From the NCBI RefSeq assembly GCF_006345805.1, contig NC_043007.1, positions 24,800,001 through 24,864,000 of the forward strand: a DNA stretch of 64,000 nucleotides. Reading direction: 5' to 3'. This document shows, piece after piece, positions 53,605 to 64,000 of the stretch. This stretch comes from Octopus sinensis (taxonomy: Eukaryota). A program made the position numbers and the translations under genes. The notes beneath the pieces are model-generated. The model was not told where the DNA came from. It was given only the letters and a program-made list of their open reading frames with translations, and made no database searches. How positions within the stretch are numbered: the first letter of the stretch is position 1; each line of letters begins with the position of its first letter.

Positions 53605-54393
53605 AGCTCGGCCTCACCGAGGCAATGACTAGTGACCAAGACCTTTGGAAATATGCTGTGCGTGAGAAGACCCGGCAGGACAAGTGAGTCCATAACCTGT
53701 GGCCTTTGCCAGGGATGTAGCCAGCCCACTTATGCATACCTTTCCTTCTTTGGACACAAAACTCTGCTTATGAAGACCTGTTGAGGCAAGTGAAATCAAA
53801 ATTGAATTTGAAATTGAACCACATTTGATGACTGGCACCCATGCCAACCTCCCTTCATTGGACACTAAACTATGCTTGCGAAGACCTGTTGGGGCAAGTG
53901 AAATCGAAATTGCACCAAATCCTATGACTGGCACCCGGCCGTTGCCAGTGCCGCTGGACTGACTCCTGTGCAGGTGGCAAGTAAAGAAACACCGTTTTGA
54001 CCCTGTGCTTGAGGAGACCTATTGAGTCAAGTACATCAACATCAAAAATCAATGGAAATTGTAGTTGTGATCCCTGTGCCGGTGGCACGTAAAAGGCACC
54101 ATCTGAACGTGGCCGATGCCAGCACCGCCTTGACTGGCTTCACGTAAAAAGCACCAACTGATCGCAGCTGTTGCCAGTCTCGCCTGGCACCTGTGCCGGT
54201 GGTACGTAAAAATCACCCACTACACTCACAGAGTGGTTAGCGTTAGGAAGGGCATCCAGCTGTAGAAACACTGCCAGGTCAGACTGCAGCCTGGTGCAGC
54301 CTCCTGGCTTCCCAGACCCCGGTCAAACCGTCCAACCCATGCTAGCATGGAAAATGGACGTTAAACGATGATGATGATGATGATGATGATGAT
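53605..54393 (+). mobile_element. LINE 3' end with sub-repeated 3' UTR and (GAT)n tail; shorter copies at 3893-4260(-), 5110-5383(-), 22658-22880(-), 34768-35073(+), 40900-41440(+)
   Basis: LGLTEAMTSDQDLWKYAVREKTRQDK* followed by a UTR ending GCGTTAGGAAGGGCATCCAGCTGTAGAAAC...GGACGTTAAAC(GAT)n. Confidence 0.8.
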
Positions 54394-54541
54394 GAAGCTG
54401 TATTAGTAGTGGTTTGTCCAAGCCAGGGTGTCCATGGGGTGAAATGGGAGCTTGAACCAAGTGATTACACGCTGTTCTTATTTTACAGGGAAAGGACAAA
54501 GTAAAAAGAAGTAGAAGAATAGAACAATCAATTCTAAACAC

Positions 54542-54799
54542 CTTGAGAGTATCGAGTGCTGCCTGGGCAGCTTCCAGGACTGGAATCGCTTCAGCCAATT
54601 CTGCCTCACATTCGTCTTTTAATGCTTTTGCTTCTGCAGCTTGTTCATTTGCCACAGCTTCATCAGCCTTTACGGTCTTCGTGGTGACTTCCACGTCGGC
54701 AGATTCCTTCTCAATCACCTCAATCATGTCTTCAGCTTCCTTTGAAGACTTCAGGAGTTCTGGTTGTAAACTCTCAAGTTGAGACTGCATAGTGGCAAT
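54542..54799 (-). CDS. DNAH12: DNAH12-like exon 3; stalk coiled coil 1
   Basis: tttcag|ATT..AAG|gtgttt; IATMQSQLESLQPELL...ECEAELAEAIPVLEAAQAALDTLK; 258 nt, phase 0-0. Confidence 0.96.
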
Positions 54800-54819
54800 C
54801 TGAAATTAACAATAACAGC

Positions 54820-54869
<50 letters not shown>

Positions 54870-54882
54870 CAACAGCAACAGC

Positions 54883-55055
54883 AGGGGCTGAAATAATAAC
54901 CACATTTGCAGAAAAAAGTACTGCTTAGAACCATTCAAATACTCTGGATGGTGCCCAAAAAATAAGGGGTGTTACCGTAGTTCACTGGTAGTGAACAGCT
55001 GGCACCATAGTACATTTCCAGCAATAGAAGCTGTGCAAAGACAATAAATAAATAA
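54883..55055 (+). mobile_element. Dong-like 3' tip, same family as 24731-25216, inside (TAA)n
   Basis: Matches the reverse complement of ~24830-25000 (AAATAAGG..GTTCACTGGTAGTGAACAGCTGGCACCATAGTACA..AGAAGCTGTGCAAAGACAATAAAT). Confidence 0.8.
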
Positions 55056-55057
55056 AC

Positions 55058-55149
<92 letters not shown>

Positions 55150-55605
55150 TAATAATAATAATAATTTCGTTTTTGGATTTGGTTTGCAAGATTCTTTATA
55201 TGAGTTCATGTGTTGAAGCATATTTTGTTGTGTCTGGGGAGAGTCATTCTCTTTTAGTGCCTTATTATTTAACACACTCACCGGTAAAATTTCCACTTAT
55301 TTCTTATTTTTATTTTCTAAAATTTTCGTTGCGTCTTGCAACCTTTTCAATAGTCTTGACTCTTAATAATAATAATCCTTTCTACTAAAGGCACAAGGCC
55401 TGACATTTGTGGAGAGGGCACTTGTTTGATTACATTGACTCCAGTGTTTCACTGGTACTTAGTTTATCAACCCTGAAATATAAAGCCTGATATAAAGACA
55501 TGAAGGTCACAGCTGGAATGCTTTTGATCATATATCTATCTACTCTTCAGATTCACAGCTCACCTGAGAATGTGAAACAACCATAAGACACAAAGTAATT
55601 TTTAC

Positions 55606-55768
55606 CTGTTCAGCAGCAAATTTCAGCTTATCTAAACCAGTGACATATCTGTTTTTGGCAGACATTATTTCCTCTTGCTTCTGTGCCAGCAAACTTCTGA
55701 AGGCATGGATCAATTCCAGATAAGATGTTGGAGTGACATAATTATGCCGACCCAGTTGTGCAAGATAT
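55606..55768 (-). CDS. DNAH12: DNAH12-like exon 2; AAA4 to stalk CC1
   Basis: ttttag|A..CAG|gtaaaa; YLAQLGRHNYVTPTSYLELIHAFRSLLAQKQEEIMSAKNRYVTGLDKLKFAAEQ (canonical 'YVTPTSYLELI'); 163 nt. Confidence 0.96.
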
Positions 55769-56087
55769 CTAAAATATAGTTAAATTTGTATAATGCAAAC
55801 AAGAAGATATTTTTTCGAATGTAGTAATGCTGTTAGAACAGCAGAAATAGTGGGTATATTACCCTTACAAGGTGGAAAAAAATTTGGCAATAAATGGCCA
55901 TCGGACTCAAACTCACATTCCCCAAGACTCCAGCTAAGTGCTTTATCATTAAGCTAAACTGCCCACTGACAAATTCATCTGCTAATTTAGACATTAAATT
56001 GTTCAATAAGCGATCAGGCTGAGTAAAAAGTAAGCAATGTTTTGAAACATGAAATTCATCACAATATATTTCAACAATGTGGAAATT

Positions 56088-57287
56088 TTATTCATCAAAG
56101 TATATACCATTACAATCAACACATTTTTGCCACTGAGTTACAAGTTTGTTTATTCCGGTAACATAAAAATTTGAAGTACAGGAGCTGATGAACTTTTGAA
56201 TGCAGTTTTAGCATCAGTTTGATTTTTGAACCCCTTCTCACACAGGAAACCATCAAGGTGCTTGAAAAAATGGTAGTCGGTAAGAGAAAGACCTGGGGAA
56301 TAAGCTGGGTTGGGAAGAACTTCATAGCCAAGTTCCCTCAACTTCTAGAACATCATTAGAGAAATGTGTGGTTGAGCATTTTCATGAAGAATGATTGGTC
56401 CTCTTCTGTTGACCAGTCTGGGATGGAAGAGTAGCAATTTTTCATTTATTTTGGCAATTTCATTGCAATATGTTTCTGCAGTAATAGTTTTTCCAAGTTT
56501 TAAGAAGTTATAGTGGATGAGTCCAACAGTACACCACCAAACAGTCACCATAACCTTCTTTTTGAAGAGCTCAGGTTTAGAGAATGTTTTTGGTACTTGA
56601 TTTTGGTTCAACCACTGCAAAGAATGTTTTTTATTATTGTACAGAATCCACTTTTCATCACAACTTACATTACAGTTGAGAAATTGATTGGTCTGGTTAC
56701 GGAGATGAAGCGACAAGCAAATTTCATATCTGCACAATTTCTGACTTACATTCAAATCATGTGGCACCCATTTGTTGAACTTTTTGATTTTCCAATTGCA
56801 TGCAAATGGTTGCAGGTAGTTTTCTGGCTAACTTGAAGTCCTTTTGCTAGTTCTCGAATGACAGATGGCCATCCACTACACTCATGATCTTCAAGGCTCA
56901 GGTCTCCACTGCAAAATTGTTTAAACCATTTTCGAGCTGACCACTCACTGGTCATTTCCTCACCAAATATTTTGTTGATATCGTGAGCAGTTCCAGCTGC
57001 TTTACATCCCTTTTTAACCCTTTAGTGTTCAGATTATTCTGTCAAATGTGATATTTGTTTATTTATATTGTTTTGATTTAATCATGCATTATCTCATAAT
57101 TTAGAGATTTCAGTGATGCTATTTTTGAGTTTTAGAATGACATGGTAGGGCTGAGGTGAGAGGCGAGAGCTGGTCAGTTTCAATATACAACAGGTTAAAT
57201 ATTTTGGCCGGATATGGCCGGTTTGAATGCTAAAGGGTTAAAGCTGAATGGCAAAATTGCTTGAATATTGTACTTTGGCAGTTCCAT
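56088..57287 (-). pseudogene. Decayed mariner (D,D34D; Hsmar1/cecropia-like) transposase interrupted by a piggyBac-type MITE
   Basis: MELPKYNIQAILPFSF|KKGCKAAGTAHDIN...WVPHDL...CDEKW...LHENAQPH...YSPGLSLTDYHFF...WQKCVDCNGIYFDE*, with stops and frameshifts. Confidence 0.92.
57018..57237. mobile_element. piggyBac-like MITE with TTAA target duplication
   Basis: TTAA|CCCTTTAG...CTAAAGGG|TTAA; removing it restores the mariner codons TTT AAA. Confidence 0.9.
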
Positions 57288-57761
57288 TTCAGATCATTGT
57301 AACAATGATGAAAAAAAATCAATGTTAATTTATTGATGCAATTGGGCAAGTCTATGTCTGTATTATCATCATCATTGTTTAACGTTTGCCTTCCATGCTT
57401 GCATAGGTGGAATGGTTTGACAGGAGTTGGCAAGGCAGAAGCCTGCACCAGACTTCTGTAACTGTTTTGGCAGGATTTTTACAGCTGCATGCCCTTCCTA
57501 TGTGCAACTCCATTGTCTCCTGAGACAAAAAAGGATGCCAGCAACGACAATATATATATATATAAAGGTGTGAAATTGTAACGATCTTTTGGATGTTGAC
57601 TGATGAAGAATTAGCTATGAATTTTCAATTTGTTATGTTTTTGTAAAATTTTCTTGTGATTTTGTGAAATTTTTGAAATATATATATATGTGTGTGTGCA
57701 TGTATGTGTATATATATGTATATATCTATATCTATCTATCTATCTATATATATATATATAT

Positions 57762-57815
<54 letters not shown>

Positions 57816-57817
57816 GT

Positions 57818-58200
57818 GGAGGCGCAATGGCCCAGTGGTTAGGGTAGTGGACTCGCGATCATAGGATCGCGGTTTCGATTCCCAGACCGGGCGTTGTGAG
57901 TGTTTAATGAGCGAAAACACCTAAAGCTCCACGAGGCTCCGGCAGGGGATGGTGGTGATCCCTGCTGTACTCTTTCACCACAACTTTCTCTCACTCTCAC
58001 TTCCTGTTTCTGTTGTACCTGTATTTCAAAGGGCCGGCCTTGTCACTCTCTGTGTCACGCTGAATATCCCCGAGAACTACGTTAAGGGTACACGTGTCTG
58101 TGGAGTGCTCAGCCACTTACACGTTAATTTCACGAGCAGGCTGTTCCATTGATTCGGATCAACCGGAACCCTCGTCGTCGTAACCGACGGAGTGCTTCCA
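57818..58200 (+). mobile_element. tRNA-derived SINE, same young family
   Basis: Same sequence; TSD TATAAATAAAT. Confidence 0.9.
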
Positions 58201-58679
58201 TATAAATAAATACACACACCTATTTGTAGGTATTTATATAAGTAGATAGCAACATACAGAAGCAGAACTGCACAGAGGTCGTACTGACCTACACACAGGT
58301 GTGAGCTCATATATTTCATGTAGCTCTTCTTGTAGTTAAACAATATCCTTCCGCCCCTCATTTCCTTCCTTCCAGTTGCACTCTCTTCTCCTTCTCTCCT
58401 TCTTCTTCTCTCGTCATTTCTATGGCCATCCCTGTCACCCACCCGTTCCCCACTCTCATCATTCCCATTTTCCTTCCTTCCTGTACATTCCCCCAGAAAT
58501 GGTATTAAATATGCTATTTACAATATGCCATTAGAAGCTCTTTATAGTCAGTGTGTGTGTGCGTATGTATGAAAGAGTACATTTGTATGAGTGTGTGCAT
58601 TTGTATTTGTGTACATACACGTCTGTGTTTATGTGTGTGCTTATATATGTGTATGTGAGAAAGAGAACGTACTTGTATA

Positions 58680-58721
<42 letters not shown>

Positions 58722-59010
58722 AGCAAGAGAAAGATGGAGTGCATGTGTATGTTTACATTTGTATTTTTCTACATGCATGTCTGTGTTTCTGTGTGTGTGT
58801 GTGTGTGTGTGTGAATGAGACAGAGTACATATGTGTGTGTGTGTGTGAGAGAGAGAGAGTGAGTACAGGTGTAGCTTTGTAGTTAAGAAATGTGCTTCGT
58901 AACCACATGGCTGCAGGTTCAGTCCCACTGTGTGACAACTTGGATGAGTGTCTGCTACCCCAAACCTACCATAGCCATGTGAGTGGATTTAGTAGAAAGA
59001 AACTGAAAGA

Positions 59011-59087
<77 letters not shown>

Positions 59088-59522
59088 CAGAGAGAGAAAA
59101 AAGATCTCACACATGTATACACACACACGCTCACACATATATGCATGTGTATGTGTGTGTGTGTGTATGCTTGTATCTTGTGTCATGACATTGTGTGATG
59201 GCTGTAAATGAGTGTCACTGTTATACAAGCAGTGTTATTCACTTCCAATCTTCCATGAAAACATGTCAGGCCATGGGGAAATATCACACTGGCTGGCAAA
59301 GAAAGGTGAGCGTTGAAGACAGGAAGGGCATCCAGCGTAGAAGATCTGCCTAAAAGCACACCATCTGACCAATGCAAGCATGGAAAGAAAGGTATTAAAT
59401 GATGACGATGACAATGATGATGGCGATGTGTATCCATGCATGTGTATGTGCACATGCGTGTGTGCATGCGTGTGTGTGTCTGTGCAAGAGTGTGATTTCT
59501 AAATTTGACCGATGCTACTTAC

Positions 59523-59656
59523 TGCTCTGACAACACACAGGCACTCTCGTGGAAGTATTGACAAATCTGGACAGTGGTTATTCGGTTGGGCTTACTGATT
59601 TTGACCTCCTGCAGATATTTCATAGCAACTCTTTCAAGAGCATCTTGGGGCCAAGC
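59523..59656 (-). CDS. DNAH12: Axonemal dynein heavy chain (DNAH12-like), exon 1 in window; end of AAA4
   Basis: ctccag|GCT..GAGCA|gtaagt; translates AWPQDALERVAMKYLQEVKISKPNRITTVQICQYFHESACVLSE(Q), the dynein 'WPxDAL' motif; 134 nt, phase 0-2, joins the next exon in frame. Not in the ORF track. Confidence 0.93.
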
Positions 59657-61659
59657 CTGGAGAACGGAAAATAGAAAAAAAAAAAAAAAAAAAACATTAT
59701 GACAACAAAAATACTAATTTGTCCCATAAGTACAAGGTTAAAAATTGCTGGTGAAGAGAATATGAACTGATTAAAGAAAATGATGGTTTCTCATTTTGGT
59801 ACATGGCCAACAATTATAGGCAATGGGGTAAGTTGATTACATCAGCCTCAGTGAGTGTTCAACTGGTACTTATTTTATTGACCCAACAGGAGAAAAGACC
59901 AAGTTGACCTTAGTGGAATTTGAACTTGGGATGTAAATAGCTGGAAGAAATGTCTCTCAGCATTTTGTCTTGATTGCCTTGAAACTCATTTATTTTGATT
60001 GAAGAAAATAATTAAAATAAGAGCATACAGGAAGTGTAAACCTCTGCCAAGGCAACACTAATGTCCTCTCAACAATTAGCCAGAGATGATTTTTAAAATG
60101 AGAATATCTGAAATGAGAATGCTAAAAATGAACCCGACTGCTCACAAATGGAAAAATAATCCAAATATATATATATATTGAGTGAGAGGTAAAGGGAGAG
60201 GAGATAAAATACTAATACAGTGAAGGAGAAGTAGTGAGAGTAATAGCCATAACTGAGAGGGAGTGAGAGAAAGTAATGAAAATGAGAAAGACGAAACAAA
60301 ATGGCAAAAAGAGCCTCATATGAATGAGAAAGGAAGGAGCGATAAATGAATAGCAAAGGAAGTAGTGAAAAAGCTGATAAATGGCACACTCAATATAACA
60401 ACCATTATACACCAGTGACAGGAAGGGCATCCAGCCATAGAAACTCTGCCAGATCAAGATTGAAGCCTGATGCAGCCATCTGGTTCGCCAGCCCTCAGTC
60501 ATTCGTCCAAGTCATGCTAGCATGGAAAGTGGACGGTAAACGATGATGATGATGATGATGATGATATATATATATATATGCATGTGTGTGTGTGTATGTA
60601 TATAAATATCTACATATGTATATGCATGTATGTATGTGTGTATATATATATATACACACATACATACATACATACATATATGTATACATTTTATTTGTTT
60701 CAGTCATTTGACTGCGGCCATGCTGGAGCACTACCTTTCGTCAAACAAACCGACCCCAAGACTTATCCTTTATAAGCCTAGTACTTATTTCATCAATCTC
60801 TTTTGCCGAACTGCTAAGTTACAGGGATATAAACACACCAACATTGGTTGTCAAGTGATGGTGCGAGGGACAAACACAGACACACAAATACATACGCACA
60901 CACACTCATATATACAACGGGCTTCTTTCAGTTTCCATCTACCAAATCCACTAATAAGGATTTGGTCAGCCCAAGGCTATGGTAGAAGACACTTGCCCAA
61001 GGTGCCACGCAGTGGGACTGAACCCGGAACCATGTGGTTGGTAAGCAAGCTACTTACCACACAGCCACTCCAACGTTTGTGAAGGTGCATGGTTATGTAT
61101 TTCACTACTGCCCACAAGGGGCTAAAAACAGAGGGGACAAACGGATTATGTCGATTACATCAACCCCAGGGCGTAACTGGTACTTAGTTTATCGACCCCG
61201 AAAGGATGAAAGGCAAAGTCGACCTCAGCTGAATCTGAACTCAGAACGTAACGGCAGACGAAATACGGCTACGCATTTCGCCCGGCGTGCTAACGAGTCT
61301 GCCAGCTCGCCGCCTTGTATGGCTATGTGGTGCATGGCTATGTGGTTAGGGTGTTGCACTCATGATTGCAAGATCATGGGCTCAGTTCCTGGACCGGGTG
61401 TTGTGCTGTGCTCTTGAGCAAAGCACTTCATTTCACTTCGCTCTGCAATCATTTCGACATCTGGCATGTGGCACCCAGTTGCATCTGAACAGGTAATATC
61501 AATTTGATGGAGGGAATGAGTTCATATCTACACAAGCATTTGAACACTATAAACAAATCATCTGTGTTATGTTTGGTAAGAAACTGTCGAACCCTTATAC
61601 GTCGTCTAACGACGGGAGAGTTCATTATATATTAACGTTTGTTTTTATATTCAATTATT

Positions 61660-62053
61660 CTCTTTTACTTGTTTCAGTCATTTTGACTGCGGCCATGCTG
61701 GAGCACCGCCTTTAGTCAAGCAAATCGACCCCAGGACTTATTCTTTTGTAAGCCTAGTACTTATTCTATCAGTCTCTTTTTGCCGAACCGCTAAGTTACG
61801 GGGACATAAACACCAGCATAGGTTGTCAAGCGATGTTCGGGGGACACACACACACACACACACACACAGACACAAACACACATATATATATACGACGGGC
61901 TTCTTTCAGTTTCCATCTACCAAATCCACACACGAGGCTTTGGTCGGCCCAAGGCTATAGTAGAAGACACTTGCCCAAGGTGCCACACAGTGGGAATGAA
62001 CCCGGAACCATGAGGTTGGTAAGCAAGCTACTTACCAAACAGCCACTTCTGCC
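61660..62053 (-). mobile_element. Abundant tRNA-derived SINE with an internal (CA)/(TA) microsatellite; other copies ~3046-3430, 14482-14878, 19813-20220, 20933-21327, 53020-53295, 60690-61075 (-) and 35490-35850 (+)
   Basis: Head GGAGTGGCTGTGTGGTAAG..GGTTCAGTCCC; tail ..CAGTCAAATGACTGAAACAAGTAAAAG; many diverged copies. Confidence 0.9.
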
Positions 62054-62639
62054 ATTAATCTGAAGAGTTACTTTATACTTTTGTAGAGCACAAATTTACA
62101 AGTCTTATACAAGAATATTATTGATAGTGACTTCAAAGTTTTGGCCAGCTAAGCCATTGTTGAACTATTATATATATATATGAGCGCCATACTAATACAA
62201 TTGTTTGTTTGTTTTCCACCTGCCTTCGTCTTTTGTCTATTTTCATAAAGCTTCCCGTTATATATATATATATATATATATATAGATAGATAGATAGATA
62301 TAGATATATAGATATATATATATAGTGAGAAAGTGTACGATAACTTGCAAGTATGTTGTGTTAGTTGTCTGCAGGTTTCTTTTGTCAAAATCTGTCAGCT
62401 TTAGAGTTTTTCTATATTTTACAGCACTATAGTTTTTTTTATTCCTCGAAAGAAATTGCCTCAAGGAAAAAGAAATATAAACAATGGAGTGAAAAAAAAA
62501 CATTAATTTTGTATTTAACAAAGAAAAAAATTAAAAGAAACATTCAATAGAACCATGTTTGCATCATTTTGTCAACTTTTACAACTAGTTTAGGTAGAAT
62601 TACAATTGCTTCTCAGATCGGGTTTTGGTCTATGATGGA

Positions 62640-63335
62640 TGGAGAGAGAGAGAAAAGGAGAGGAAAGAGAGAAATGGAGGGAGTGAGATAGGAAAGAGAG
62701 AGGGGTAAGGAGAAAGATAGGAACAGAGAGGAAAAAATCAAGAAAGGGAGAGGGAGAGGGAAAAGGAGAGTAAGAGAGAGGGGAAAGAGACAGAGGGATA
62801 AGGAGATGGAGGGAGAGAGAGGACAACATGAGGTATAGAGAGGAAAGAGAGAAAGGAGTGAGGAGACAGAGAGAAAAAATCAAGAAAGGGAGAGAGAGAA
62901 AAGGAGAGGGTAAGAAAGAGGGAAGGGACAGAGGGGTCGTGAGAGAGACAGGGACAAAGAGAAACAGAAAAGGAGAGCATGAGAGAAAGAGATGTTGGGA
63001 AAGAGATGGAAGGAGGGACAGAAAGAAAGAGAAAAAGGGAGGGAGAGATAGAGAAGAGAGAGAAAGAGAGAGAGAGAAAAGGAGAGGGATGAGAGAGAAA
63101 GTGGGGAAAAAGAGAGAGAAAGGAAGAGCAGAGGGAAAGAGGGGTAAGGAGAGAGATGGAAAGAGACAGAGAGAAAAATGAGAAAGAGAGAGAAAGGTGA
63201 AAGACGAAAGGAAGGAAAAAGAGAGGAGAAAGGAGACAGAAACAGTGAGAAGGGAGCAAGAAAGAAATAAAGAAAGAAAGGTAGGAAGAGAAGAGAAAGG
63301 GAGAGATAATGAAAGTGAAAGTAGAGAAATAAGAA
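62640..63335. repeat. Polypurine (GA-rich) low-complexity tract
   Basis: Almost entirely A/G on the + strand for about 700 bp. Confidence 0.9.
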
Positions 63336-63719
63336 GTTTTGCTTTGTATTTACTGTGGTGGTGGTGGTGGAGGATGGAGAAAAGAGGGGGATGCTATTTG
63401 TTATTTTTGCATTTTTTTTCTTGTTTATGGTATTTTTATTAATTTTCTTTTTTGTAGATGGCTTAGTTAGATATTAGTTCAGAACCACCCCACAACAATT
63501 TCATCATCCCTCCAGCATCCCCCACCCTGCCGGACCATGTTAAATCTGTAAATTTGTCTGCATGTGAATAAACATAGCATCTGTTTCATTCCCATCTTGG
63601 TTTGATGTTTAGGAATTCTGGAAAATTCTATGAGAAACAATGCCATTGTATTTCTAAATGACAAGATTATCTCTTTTGGTTTATTCTGAAACAATTGGTC
63701 TCACTAATGCCAACAAACA

Positions 63720-64000
63720 CTGTGACAACAACACCAGCCACCATCAACCTGCACCACAACCATAACCACCACCATCACTGTGACTACTATCACTGCAACC
63801 ACTATCATTGCTACCACTGACACTATAACTACTGTTACTGCTACCACCACCATCACTTTTAGGACTATCACCACTATGACAACAATGACCACCACTACCT
63901 CGACCATCACTGCTACCACCACCACCACTGCCACCACCACCACCACCAACATCACAACTATTATCACCACAACTACCATCACTGCTACCACCATAACCAA
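63720..64000. repeat. Degenerate (CAC/CAT/ACT) trinucleotide tract; mirror tracts at 33850-34010 and 34190-34440
   Basis: Direct inspection; source of the poly-Val ORFs. Confidence 0.9.

Noticed and set aside
62590-64000. Ser/Leu-, Arg/Glu- and Val-rich ORFs
   Set aside because: They arise from low-complexity purine and trinucleotide tracts.

Overview
Eukaryotic, AT-rich, repeat-saturated genomic DNA. The SINE, Penelope and microsatellite content is characteristic of Octopus (inferred from recognition, not searched). The only protein gene found is the middle of an axonemal inner-arm dynein heavy chain (DNAH12-like, DNAH3/7/12 group) on the minus strand. It has 12 GT-AG exons between 59656 and 5875, totalling 2363 nt. 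Their phases join into one continuous frame covering the end of AAA4, the stalk/MTBD, AAA5, the buttress and the AAA5 lid; both ends of the gene lie outside the window. The introns hold tRNA-derived SINEs, RTE and CR1 LINE 3' ends, RLE-type (R4/Dong-like) retroposon fragments sitting in (TAA)n, two decayed mariner transposases, piggyBac, hAT and mariner MITEs, non-autonomous Helitrons and mini/microsatellites. The strongest unannotated signal is about 12 type-I hammerhead-ribozyme motifs in Penelope-like terminal repeats. One of these is a composite element at 36083-36530 (tRNA-like Pol III head, (AAT)n, hammerhead tail, plus an inverted copy of the tail) that looks like a Penelope-mobilised ribozyme SINE. 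Most ORFs in the supplied track are microsatellite or SINE artefacts.
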